A DNA stretch of 55,233 bases, the filler included, from Phyllobates terribilis (taxonomy: Eukaryota): the NCBI RefSeq assembly GCF_046119375.1. It is 3 parts of 3 records of this genome, joined end to end, with 100 filler letters (N's around TTAATTAATTAA, not from the genome) between each part and the next. Parts side by side here need not be neighbours in the genome. Positions count along the whole stretch, not along the records: positions 24,670 to 55,233 come from NW_027362771.1; 2 more parts are not named here. One strand, 5' to 3'. The notes under the pieces were generated by a model, which was not told the origin of the DNA, made no database searches, and saw only the letters and a list, made by a program, of their open reading frames with translations. Positions 36,653-46,715 of this stretch are shown here, one piece after another. Each line of letters starts with the position of its first letter. Position 1 is the stretch's first letter. Position numbers and translations under genes: made by a program.

Positions 36653-37123
36653 TTACCTCGCTTCACTGACAATGAGTGTAAAATCAGCTGAATGAGCACA
36701 GCACTTAGCGATAGAGATTGGTCTGTATCTCCTTGCTCTAAGCCCCATTGTTATTGTCTTCTGACATGTCTTTGTGACGTGTCAGAAGTTTATTGGAATA
36801 ATAACTATAAATCCTGCAGGAGTCCTCTGTTCTCCATGAGTAACTGTTCTGCTTGCCTGGGCTGGCTGACCTGCTTTACTGTATGTAGCTGGACTCCTTA
36901 CAAGAAACGCTACTCATAATTCCTGTAATATCACACTTATTATACTCGGCTCTGTTATTGTAATTACTAAGCAGCTTTGGCAGCAGACGCAGCACAGAAC
37001 AATACTGTTGACATTAGCTTGGTACGGAGGGTCAGCCAGCCCCGGCAGATTGTGAGTAGTGCTTGATTTTTGCTCCAACCTTACGATACAGCTTCCTTTG
37101 TTTCAAGTTCCTGGTAGCTTGTA

Positions 37124-37190
37124 TTAATAATAATAATAATAATCTTTATTTTTATATAGCGCTAACATATTCCGCAGCGCTTTACATACA
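37124..37190 (-). mobile_element. 3' tail of an L2/CR1-clade LINE or SINE
   Basis: Minus strand GTAAAGCGCTGCGGAATATGTTAGCGCTATATAAAAATAAAGA followed by (TTA)n. Confidence 0.5.
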
Positions 37191-37518
37191 TTATCGTATT
37201 AATGATGTGATACGATGTTTCTTGGGGTTAACGCCGGTCAGATCGGAATTTCCAGGTTTTGAGTTGTTTTCGGTTACATATTATTGTGTTACATTCATTT
37301 ATTTATTTTCATTGTTTATCTGTGTAGATTGTAACTGTAAATGAAGTAAGGTTTAGCCATTGTTCACTCAACCTACGAGTGTATATTTAGAGCGCGCGTC
37401 CTTACTCTGGGTCTGTCAGAGGGAATGTTAACGTACGAAGTGTTATCACAAAGCTCCGTTGTGTCACGGTGTTGCCCCGTGTCTCTTTCCACGGATAGAT
37501 GTACGCCACCCACTTGCT

Positions 37519-37692
37519 TCCAATTGGCCGCAGAACAGCTCAATTTAGCTATAAAAGCAGGTGACGGAGGCTGCTGAGCTCACTCACTGCTCAGGGCTAG
37601 ATAGCACTGATTTCCTTGCTGGCTCCTGTGATAGCTCATCTTACAGAGGACTTTTTATTGGTGATGTGAACAGGATTTCACCATTGCAACAG
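37519..37692 (+). promoter_or_regulatory. Core promoter and non-coding exon 1 of the C2CD4-family gene
   Basis: CCAAT at 37520, TATAAAA at 37550-56, donor CAG|GTAAAT at 37692/3, acceptor TTTTTTTTACAG| at 37863/4. The TSS position is inferred. Confidence 0.65.
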
Positions 37693-37891
37693 GTAAATAT
37701 TGTCTTGTTAGATTTTTCTTTTATGTCTGCATTGTGATTGGTTTGTTTTAAATTAAAAGAGTTAAACATCTGCCGTATCTGTAACTTTATTGCACCATAT
37801 TGTAAATCCTGTTTTCTTACACAGATTTAGCAAATTCTCACCTTTTTATTCTTTTTTTTACAGGACAATTATAAAACATACAACAACACTT

Positions 37892-39112
37892 ATGTGGCTT
37901 TTGGAGAAGATAATGGCACCAGAAATGCAGGGACATATGCCTGATCCCACACCAAGGGGTTCCTATCCTGACAAGAACCAGCGTCCTATACCTTGTCCAA
38001 ATGTATTAACTCCAGACAGAATCCCTGAGTTCTGCATCCCCCCTCTTCTTTCATCACAGAGGGGCATGAGAATGAAATCTCTTTATAGGTCTGTTCCTGA
38101 CATCTTTGGAGCAACTTTTGTAACTGAAGATTTTAACATGCCGGAGACACATATTATCCAGGTGGACAGTGCAGAAGAAGCCATGGAAGAAGAAAGTACA
38201 AATGCAGACCCTCAGGCACAAGCAGCCCTTTCCTTGCCACATCTTCCCAAAGCTCAAACTTCCTATGGATTCTGTACCTTACTGGAAAGCCCAAATACCA
38301 GAAGGAAAGAATCTCTCTTCCACAATGACCCTGCCACCCTTCCGATTTTGCTGCCTAAATCACGCTCAAACTCATCTGCATGGCAGCGGGCATCATCTTG
38401 CAGTAGTTTCGCAACATTAAAACTGAGGTCACTGAGCCGCTCTGGCACCTTGGACTGCGAAACCTCATCTTCCACAGACTCTTCGCCTTTTAGTTCTCCT
38501 TCGCTTCACAGATCTCCACCTCGGTATAACTCTTTGCTGAAAGCTCTAAGCCAAGACAAGCTCTTCTCTAAAACTCTGAGAAGGAAGGGGAAGTCAGGGA
38601 TGTCTAGAAATAATTCACTCTCAGCTGATGAGTTCAGTTCCACCGATAGTAGTCCCAACATAATTCGCAGAGTTTCTGATGGAATGATGGATTCTGTCTT
38701 TCCAATGGACCTTTTTTATTCTAGAGGCAGATTTATGACAGAAAATGCTGTATTGCTAGAAAATGGAGGTTCCCTTCGATTATCTACAGAGTACTGCCCT
38801 GAAGCACAGAGGCTTCGTGTTCGACTCATAAGTGTTGAAGGACTTTACCACCCAGATACTGACCCGAAAACCATCAATTGTTTTGTGACGCTTTCCATCA
38901 CTCCAGGAAAACAACAGAAGCAGCGAAGTACTGTAATCAGAAGGAGTAGAAACCCCATCTTCAATGAGGACTTTTTCTTTGAGAATGTGTTTCAAACACA
39001 GCTACATAGCCGCAGTCTTAAAATAAAGGTCATCAACAAAATGTGCAGCATGAAGAGAGACTGTATTCTCGGCCAAAGTGAACTTCCTTTGCTTAGCATT
39101 CTTTCCCCATGA
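37892..39112 (+). CDS. C2 calcium-dependent domain-containing protein 4 family, 406 aa, single coding exon (paralogue uncertain; best guess C2CD4A/B-like)
   Basis: MWLLEK...CPNVLTPDRIPEFCIPP...TNADPQAQAALSLPHLPKAQTSYGFCTLLESPNTRRKESLFH and C-terminal C2 domain (QRSTVIRRSRNPIFNEDFFF). The true ATG is 37892; the ORF-track extension to 37790 is intronic. AATAAA at 39906. Confidence 0.92.
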   Translation: MWLLEKIMAPEMQGHMPDPTPRGSYPDKNQRPIPCPNVLTPDRIPEFCIPPLLSSQRGMRMKSLYRSVPDIFGATFVTEDFNMPETHIIQVDSAEEAMEEESTNADPQAQAALSLPHLPKAQTSYGFCTLLESPNTRRKESLFHNDPATLPILLPKSRSNSSAWQRASSCSSFATLKLRSLSRSGTLDCETSSSTDSSPFSSPSLHRSPPRYNSLLKALSQDKLFSKTLRRKGKSGMSRNNSLSADEFSSTDSSPNIIRRVSDGMMDSVFPMDLFYSRGRFMTENAVLLENGGSLRLSTEYCPEAQRLRVRLISVEGLYHPDTDPKTINCFVTLSITPGKQQKQRSTVIRRSRNPIFNEDFFFENVFQTQLHSRSLKIKVINKMCSMKRDCILGQSELPLLSILSP

Positions 39113-40013
39113 GAAAAGGGTTTCAAGATGTTTGCAATGCACTTTAAAATACTCAGAAGGAGAACAAATATTGATTACGCCTGACTTTGAGAAAACTTCA
39201 TTTTGTCCAACATTGACTTATTATGTTCTATAAGATAGCTCTAACCGAAAATTTCCAATTAAAGTACTTAAGCATATGAAAACTGCAGGTTTATCAATGT
39301 CCATCCATTTTTTATTAAAAAGTGGTGAGTTGGCATAGATGCAATCATATTTGATGGAAGACTAGGACTGAAAAACTCTGTGTTTGCTTTCCTCGACCCA
39401 GATCTGCCAGTTCTTCTCTTTGCAACTAGACATCGAAAATAATTGGCACAAACAACCCATGATCTACAGATAGCAGCTAAATTATGTCTTTCTGTTCTCT
39501 AACGCAGCATTGTAAATGTACAGGACATTTAGGCTTATACCCCTATATGTATCTCTGCTAAATTCAATGCTGCATTTGAAGTTATCGGTATCGGGGGGTT
39601 TTTGTATTGGCAACATCTCTGTAAACCTTATCTCTTCTTGTAATAGATACAACCTTTCTGAGAAATATTCCTAATACAGAGCAGCACCAGCAGCTCTCTA
39701 TGAAGGGAAATAATTGCTTTAGTAACAAAAGTATGTTTTATATGTATTTATTATTTTATATTTTATTTTTTGTATAATTTTCTTTTAAAAATTATTTTTA
39801 TATACATTTTACTTAGTATATGTCTACTCTGAATGTATTTCTGAGTTTGTTTATTGCAGATAGGATACTTATGTATTATAAAGTTTATTTTTTTATGGTT
39901 TAATTAATAAATTATTTATTTTGAGAAATATGTGTTGTTCAATTGGGCTAAATTAGCACTTTTTTCATTTTGTTATTTAAAAAAGTAAATATAAATATAT
40001 ACATATATATAAA

Positions 40014-40066
<53 letters not shown>
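40014..40066. repeat. (TCTA)n microsatellite, about 13 copies
   Basis: Read directly. Confidence 0.95.
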
Positions 40067-40067
<1 letters not shown>

Positions 40068-40485
40068 TCGGTCTTATAACCTGGTTTGATCCAACAGAAA
40101 AGCTATTAACAACAGCATTAAACATGAAACAGTGTTCCAATAATTGCAACCATTATAAATCAACATTAGCGTATGTATACGTGTGCTTGCGTGCATGAGT
40201 GTGCAGTATGAGTTGTAAGCAGGTAGTAAATATTGATAATGGTATGATAGTATGATATTTCCCTAATAATACACTACAGTTGATTTTCTTTCCACATTGA
40301 TCATTCTAAAACATGAGAAGAAAGCATGGACATACTAACTAAAATGCTCATCACCTTTACTCTGCTGGGCCATAAAATCAGGACAAATGCACAGATCACG
40401 AGCGCCCATGAGGTTGTAAATAAGGATGCCAGGAGTTAACTCCTTGACGACCGCCAATACGCCTTTTAACGGCAGTCATTAAGGG

Positions 40486-41190
40486 CAGGGCCGGCGTCAG
40501 CACCCGGGCAAGTGCCGGGGCCCTGAGGAGGCGGGGGCCCACTCGCCGTCGGGCACCCCGCCGCGCTATGGGACCCGTGAGCAGAGGAGAGCGGTGTCAG
40601 CTCCCCCCCCCCGCTTGCTCAGGGCCCTGGCAGCCGGCACAATACTTACCTCTCCCCGTGCCTCCGCAGCAGATCCTGTCTCTTCCGCGGTTGCTGCACA
40701 GTGATGTCTCAGGTCAGAGGGCGCATTGACGTCTTTACACCGCGCTCTCTCCTGAGCCATCACAGTGCAGAGTGGGAAGATACCGGCGCCAGTGAGGAGT
40801 CTGGAGCAGCGGCGGCAGGTGAGAAGTGAGGTGAGTATTTGATTTTTTTTTTTATTGTATGGAGGCATGGGGCATTATATGGGGGCAAGTATCCTGTATG
40901 GAGCATTATATGGGGGCAAGTATCCTGTATGGAGTGTTATATGGGGGCCAGTATCCTGTATGGAGCATTTTATGGGGTGCAGTATTCTGTATGGAGCGAT
41001 TCGCCGGTTTCTGTGCTATTGTAGAATTTACAATAGATATCACTCATGTAATGTAAGAAGTGAAATCTTTGGCATTGTACTATATATATGTTTCTCTGCG
41101 GTATCTGTGCATCATGAATTGTGGTATGTGTTAAAGGGGTCCACTGAGACTCTTTCGCCCAGGGCCCACAAAAACCTGGAGCCGGCCCTG
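40486..41190. mobile_element. hAT MITE
   Basis: Perfect TIR CAGGGCCGGC / GCCGGCCCTG; 8-bp TSD ATTAAGGG / GTTAAGGG; short internal 31-bp repeat at 40860-40995. Confidence 0.8.
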
Positions 41191-43287
41191 GTTAAGGGTA
41201 CTTATTCCTCAGCGCCACTTTTTAACGGGGCTGAGGAATAATAGTGAAGCGATGTGACAGCTGACACTCTGTGGTAGTGGCCCCGGCCGGTTTTGATGCC
41301 GATTGTGGCCGATTAACCCCTAAATACCGCTGTCAATCGCGACAGCGGTATTTAAGTTGTAAGGGGGTCACAAGACCCCCTTAGCAACCATTGGACCCCC
41401 ACGATGAGAATCACGGGTCTCGATGGTTACCATGGTACCCTGAGGTCATGTGATGGCCTCAGTATGGTCGCCTGTGAGATCCAGCTATAAGCTGAGTCTC
41501 AAAAGCTAAGTCAGTGACTCACTGACAGCCTCATGCACTGCAGTACACGAGTACTGCAGTGTATGAGACCAGTAATCAAAATAAAAATTATACATGTCCC
41601 ACAGTGGGACTTAGTGAAAAAGTAAAAAAAATGAAATAAAATATGTAAAACAGTAAAAAAAACACAAAAAAGCGCACACAAATCACTAAAATCCATTTCG
41701 CTACACAAAACGCAGCGTTTGTGATAAAGCAAAAATAAACAAAAAAAGTGTGCATAATTAGTATTGCCAAGTCCGGAACGACCCGCTCTATAAAACTGCC
41801 ATGTTATTTATTCTGTATGACGAACGCCGTAAAAAAAAATAAAATAAAAAACACGCCAAAAATGCACAAGTATGGGTGACCTCAGATCTTTGCACGCCTA
41901 AAAAGATGGATACCAACGGGGCTGACACCAAACGGACTCCAAAGTGTCTCCATATGTCTTACTATGGTGAGTGGTTCTGTTGGGGGTTTTGTCTGATTCA
42001 CATTTTTATGGGATTTACACGGAGACCCCGATGTAAGTCCTCAGCGTAGAACACAAGAAGGTGATCCAACCTTATACTGAAAGCGATCAAAAAATGTTAT
42101 GTATCTCAAAATGTTACCAATAAAATCCCTAATTTATCCCACACAAAACCAGCCCCCACTCAGATCTGTCATCTGTCACTGAAATTATAGGGGGTTCCCA
42201 CGTAACTGGTAGAACAAAGACTTTGGAAAAGCGACAGCTCCCGCCTCCTCAAATAAAATCCAGTGAATTTTGCACTCCCAAATCCAAATGTCACCCTCCT
42301 GAGCCTCACAGTGCCTAGACCACAATAAGTGGCCACATGTTTGGCATTATTGTAGTGGGAAGAGAGCACTTAACAATTTACAGGGTGCGTATTGTAAGAA
42401 GCACAAGCTGGGCACAATGTATGGGAGCGCTACAATATATGGGGGCTCTACACTTTATGGGGGCACAATGTATGGGCACTAAAATGGCATATTTGAAATT
42501 CTACAGAAAAAAAGCACGGCATGAATGTTACAAAATAGTCACTGCAGTCGTAGATTAATTCTTTGAGAAGTGTAATTTCTACAATGGGGTCACTTTTGTT
42601 TTTTTTCTGCTGCTTTGGCACCTTCGGGGCTCCACAAATGTCACCCACAAACTATTCTAGCAACATCTGTGCTCCAAAAGCCAAACAGTGCTCCTTGTTT
42701 CTCAGACCTGATGTGTGGCCTAACAGTAATTTCTGATGACATATAGAGCATCACCGCATTCGGGAGAAATTGGGCAATAAATTATGGGGTCCAGTTTCAC
42801 CTATTAACCTTTGTGTACCTGACAAATTTGTAGCAAATAAAAAAATTACATTTATACCACAAAAATTACATATTTCCACGTCTCAATGTTATAAAATTCT
42901 GTGAGGCACCTATGGAATTAAAATACTCACTAAACCCCTAGATAAATTCCTTAGGCAGTGAAGTTTCCAATATGGGGTCAACTGGGGGAGGGGTTCTGCT
43001 GTTCTGGCACCTCAGGGGCTCGGCTAATGGAGCTCAGGGCCACCATCATGGCATTACTGCCCTTACTGCTGTATGGGGCCCAGTGACCAGAAGCAATAAG
43101 GGGGGGCTCCGCCAGCCCAGCTTCTGCTTACAGGGCACTTAGAGACAGCAGCTTGGCGCATGATACACCCGGCAGACGGAAATGAGCACTGTACCTTTAA
43201 TCCGCAGCCAGGTGCATCATGGTCCTGGTCATGTGACACGCTGCGCGCTCATCTTCAATCAGGAGCAGAGCATCAATGTGCCACAAA

Positions 43288-43650
43288 CAGTACAGACCAA
43301 AAGTTTGGACACACCTTCTCATTTAAAGATTTTTCTGTATTTTTATGACTTTGAAAATTATACATTCACACTGAAGGCATCAAAACTATGAATTAACACA
43401 TGTGGAATTATATACTTAACAAAAAAGTGTGAAACAACTGAAAATATGTCTTATATTCTAGGTTCTTCAATGTAGCCACCTTTTGCTTTGATGACTGCTT
43501 TGCACACTCTTGGCATTCTCTTGATGAGCTTCAAGAGGTAGTCACCGGAAATGGTTTTCACTTCACAGGTGTGCCCTGTCAGGTTTAATAAGTGGGATTT
43601 CTTGCCTTATAAATGGGGTTGGGACCATCAGTTGTGTTGTGCAGAAGTCT
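43288..43650 (+). mobile_element. Tc1 transposon left-end fragment
   Basis: Starts CAGTACAGACCAAAAGTTTGGACACACCTTCTCATT, a Tc1-type terminus known from fish and frog genomes; no right TIR or transposase. Confidence 0.75.
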
Positions 43651-44041
43651 GTTGTGCAGATGTGGCTCGTTGTTGCAGGGGAGGAGGAGGGCGGCGTGAC
43701 CGTCTCCCAGCTCTGGGAGACGGTCACGCCGCCCTCCTCCTCCCCTGCAACAACGAGCTACATCTGGGACTCCTGCACCACAGCCAGAAGCAGAAGCTAA
43801 CAGGAACAAGTCCTCCACACTATATGAATAGCAATACAGGGAAAAGGCCACACCGCTCCTCTCTACTACATGAAACAGCCACAACAGGGACCCCAGCACT
43901 GTATCAAGACGTAGAGACTTCACGTCATACCAGTAAGAAAGTCTCCTATAGGTTGTGAACCAAGAGACATTAAAGCACCATTTAAAGATTTCTATTCTAT
44001 CTCTTATGGCATATACTTTCATCTGAACCCACTTAAGTAGT

Positions 44042-44180
44042 GCGACTCAATGAACAAGGCCTGGATAAGGCCGAAACGTCTTCTGTCGCCAATCACTGTC
44101 GCAATCACGCTTAATCGGTTTGATGTTATGCCAATGTTAATAAATGAACACTGCATTAGAACTCATGAGTGTGCGATGAT
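44042..44180 (+). mobile_element. Probable Penelope-like element terminal remnant with a degenerate hammerhead motif
   Basis: GGCC-loop-GGCC-GAAAC-GTC with flanking GCGAC/GTCGC stem, AATAAA at 44139 and GAGTGTGCG at 44168. Confidence 0.45.
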
Positions 44181-44199
44181 ATAATTTAATATACGTAGA

Positions 44200-44602
44200 G
44201 GGGACACTGATGGCGTGGAGGCTGCGGAGGGGACACTGATAGAGTGGAGGCTGCTGAGGGGACACTGATGAGGGAGGGGAGGCTGCTGAGTGGACGCTGA
44301 TGAGGGAGGGGAGGCTGCTGAGGGGATGCTGATGAGGGAGTGGAGGCTGCTGAGGGAATGCTGATGAAGGAGTGGAGGCTGCTGAGGGGATTCTGATGAA
44401 GGAGTGGAGGCTGCTGAGGGGACGCTGATGAGAGAGGGGAGGCTGCTAAGGGGACGCTGATGAGGGAGGGGAGGCTGCTGAGGGGACGCTGATGAGGGAG
44501 GGGAGGCTGCTGAGGGGACGCTGATGAGGGAGGGGAGGCTGCTGAGGGGACGCTGATGAGGGAGGGGAGGCTGCTGAGGGGATGCTGATGAGGGAGGGGA
44601 GG
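44200..44602. repeat. 32-bp G-rich tandem repeat, about 12 copies
   Basis: Unit GCTGCTGAGGGGACGCTGATGAGGGAGGGGAG. Confidence 0.92.
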
Positions 44603-45194
44603 CAGGTAGAAACGACTAGTTGCTAAATGGGGTGGCCCCCTTTACTCTTGACTACTTGATAATTTTTTTATATTATCACTTTGAGTTATCATGTTTTGAG
44701 GTGTATTTGTATTTATATTCTAGAATTTATAGGTTTTTAATGAATACCAATAAAAATATTTTTAATAGTGTATAAGTGAATATACAGTATATGCAATAAT
44801 ATACCCTGTTTACATTCATTAATTCTGTGATCGCAGGCTGAGGCTGCGGTGGTGGGCAAGCTGAGACGGTGGTGGCGGTGGGCAAGGTGAAGAGGCCATT
44901 AGATTCTTCTTGACTGGGTGGTGGGCACAACGGTGCCACTGGCTATGTGAGTAGCTAACTTAAGTCCATGTATTAATTTGTCCACCATTTCAGTTTGTGA
45001 TTGTATGATGCAGTCATTCCCTCTCCTTCCCACTTCCAACCCCAAACCAAAATTTATAAGCTAGTGGATGATCCGGAGCGATGGTGCAAAACCAAATGCC
45101 GAATTACAACATCAGACGGCCGTGCTCAGGATTCTCCAGGAGCTTATACATTTTGGAGGGAATAATAGATGGAATCTGCATTCAGAAATACAGA

Positions 45195-45606
45195 TGAGAG
45201 GATGATAGGAGTTATACTTCACCCAAGACTACGATGTAAGACACAGATGAAGTTATTCTTCCCTTATCTGGACATTTGGACTGACGCCCAGAAATTAGAT
45301 TGTAACTTGTTTTTAGCTGTCTCAGCAACCTTCTACTGCTATCACTTTTCTGTTTATGAAACTTTCTTATCAACATTCCACTGTTATGAATCATCACTTC
45401 ACTGCTTGTGAAACAAAGGCATTTTACTGCGCATGTCTGACAAAAAAAACTAAGATTATTAGTATAAATAAAGGGACAGCACCTATAGAGGCAGACGCGC
45501 TCAGGGGCTTCCCAGTACTTGATTATACACTACGTGTCTGTGTATTTCTTGTTACGGGGATACCCCGACTCCAACAAGGACCCTCCATGGCTGAATGATC
45601 CTAACA
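45195..45606 (+). repeat. 5' LTR
   Basis: TGAGAG...CTAACA; differs from the 3' LTR only at 45555 (C) versus 52245 (T). Confidence 0.97.
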
Positions 45607-45611
45607 ATTCC

Positions 45612-45630
45612 TGGCGCCCGAAACAGGGAC
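45612..45630 (+). other. Primer-binding site, tRNA-Lys(UUU)-type
   Basis: TGGCGCCCGAAACAGGGAC equals the tRNA-Lys3 PBS TGGCGCCCGAACAGGGAC plus one extra A; 5 nt after the LTR. Confidence 0.85.
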
Positions 45631-46118
45631 CCGAGGTCTGCGTATTCCTTCAAGTTCATCGACCGGCACGAGTAACCGCTGAGATTGGGACATCGGAACA
45701 GCAGATGACAAACCTGGCCAGGTAAGAGACACTGTTAGTTCTCTTACATCTGCTCTGCGATAGTCCGTAAATTTCATGCATATCTTGTGTTGGGATTGAG
45801 GAACTAGTAGAGAAGGATACCTATAGCTCGGGTCATTCATGTATATACTGTAGGATCTGCCGAAGGAGAGGTCAGAGAAGGTTATGAAACGGATGGTATG
45901 AAAGAGATGTGGATGTCGGGAATAGCCTCATAAGCCGCACTAAGGTAGATGACATAAGTATTACGGAGATTGCCTAACTGAGTCATAAGGTTGTGTCCTT
46001 TCGGGGAAACCTTCGCTCACGCTTAACTCCCGAACCTTTGTCCTCCTTTTTGACGGATAAGAGATTGACAGAATGAGCCCATGGAAGTAATGATAATACT
46101 CCAGGGACACGATATATA

Positions 46119-46247
46119 ATGGAGACTGTATGGTTCATTTTATGTATTGTTGGTCTTGCCCTTGTTGCCATATATATATGTGTTAGAATTACTCTACACT
46201 TCAGACAAAACGGTCCAGAGAAACCGTTTCAGATACTGGCTCCTTAG
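46119..46247 (+). CDS. Putative 42-aa single-pass membrane ORF in the ERV leader
   Basis: METVWFILCIVGLALVAIYICVRITLHFRQNGPEKPFQILAP*; below the ORF-track length cut-off; no evidence of expression. Confidence 0.35.
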   Translation: METVWFILCIVGLALVAIYICVRITLHFRQNGPEKPFQILAP

Positions 46248-46443
46248 GACAGAATAGGTAACGAGGAAAGGTAAAATATAGAATATATTTTATCTAACCC
46301 AAAAAGCCTCCTAAGGTAGGAATAGTCAGGAAAAATGGGCAACAATGGCTCCTTAGGACAGAATAGGTAACGAGGAAAGGTAAAATATAGAATATATTTT
46401 ATCTAACCCAAAAAGCCTCCTAAGGTAAGAATAGTCAGGAAAA

Positions 46444-46715
46444 ATGGGCAACAAACAGACTAAGACCACAAATGATGAACAAGATGTCTATACAATCGTG
46501 AAAGAAAGGTGTGGTGTAGAAGCAACTAAGAATTTAGGGAAAGTTTGCAAAACTTTTCAGGTAGCAAGGCATGACAGGTTTAACAGGAAACTATGGGAGG
46601 ACATTGGATTAGAGAATGCAGGAAAAAAGCCAGGGATATAGAAGATGGTACCTATGTCCCAAGAGAATCACAAGAAAAGACAGTACAGGCTTCTGCTCCT
46701 GCAGCAAGCGAGTGA
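46444..46715 (+). pseudogene. gag: Internally deleted gag (matrix N-terminus joined out of frame to the end of nucleocapsid)
   Basis: MGNKQTK... (myristoylation-type MG) to ..RKLWE. In the +2 frame from 46599, GHWIREC (second half of a CCHC knuckle) runs to TGA at 46713. Confidence 0.8.

Noticed and set aside
37790-37891. 34-aa N-terminal extension of the C2CD4 ORF
   Set aside because: Starts at TTG inside the intron and crosses the acceptor at 37863/4; family proteins start near MWxLE.
45169-45725. ORFs in the LTR, repeated at 51892-52288
   Set aside because: Short, no recognisable motif, and duplicated only because the LTR is duplicated.
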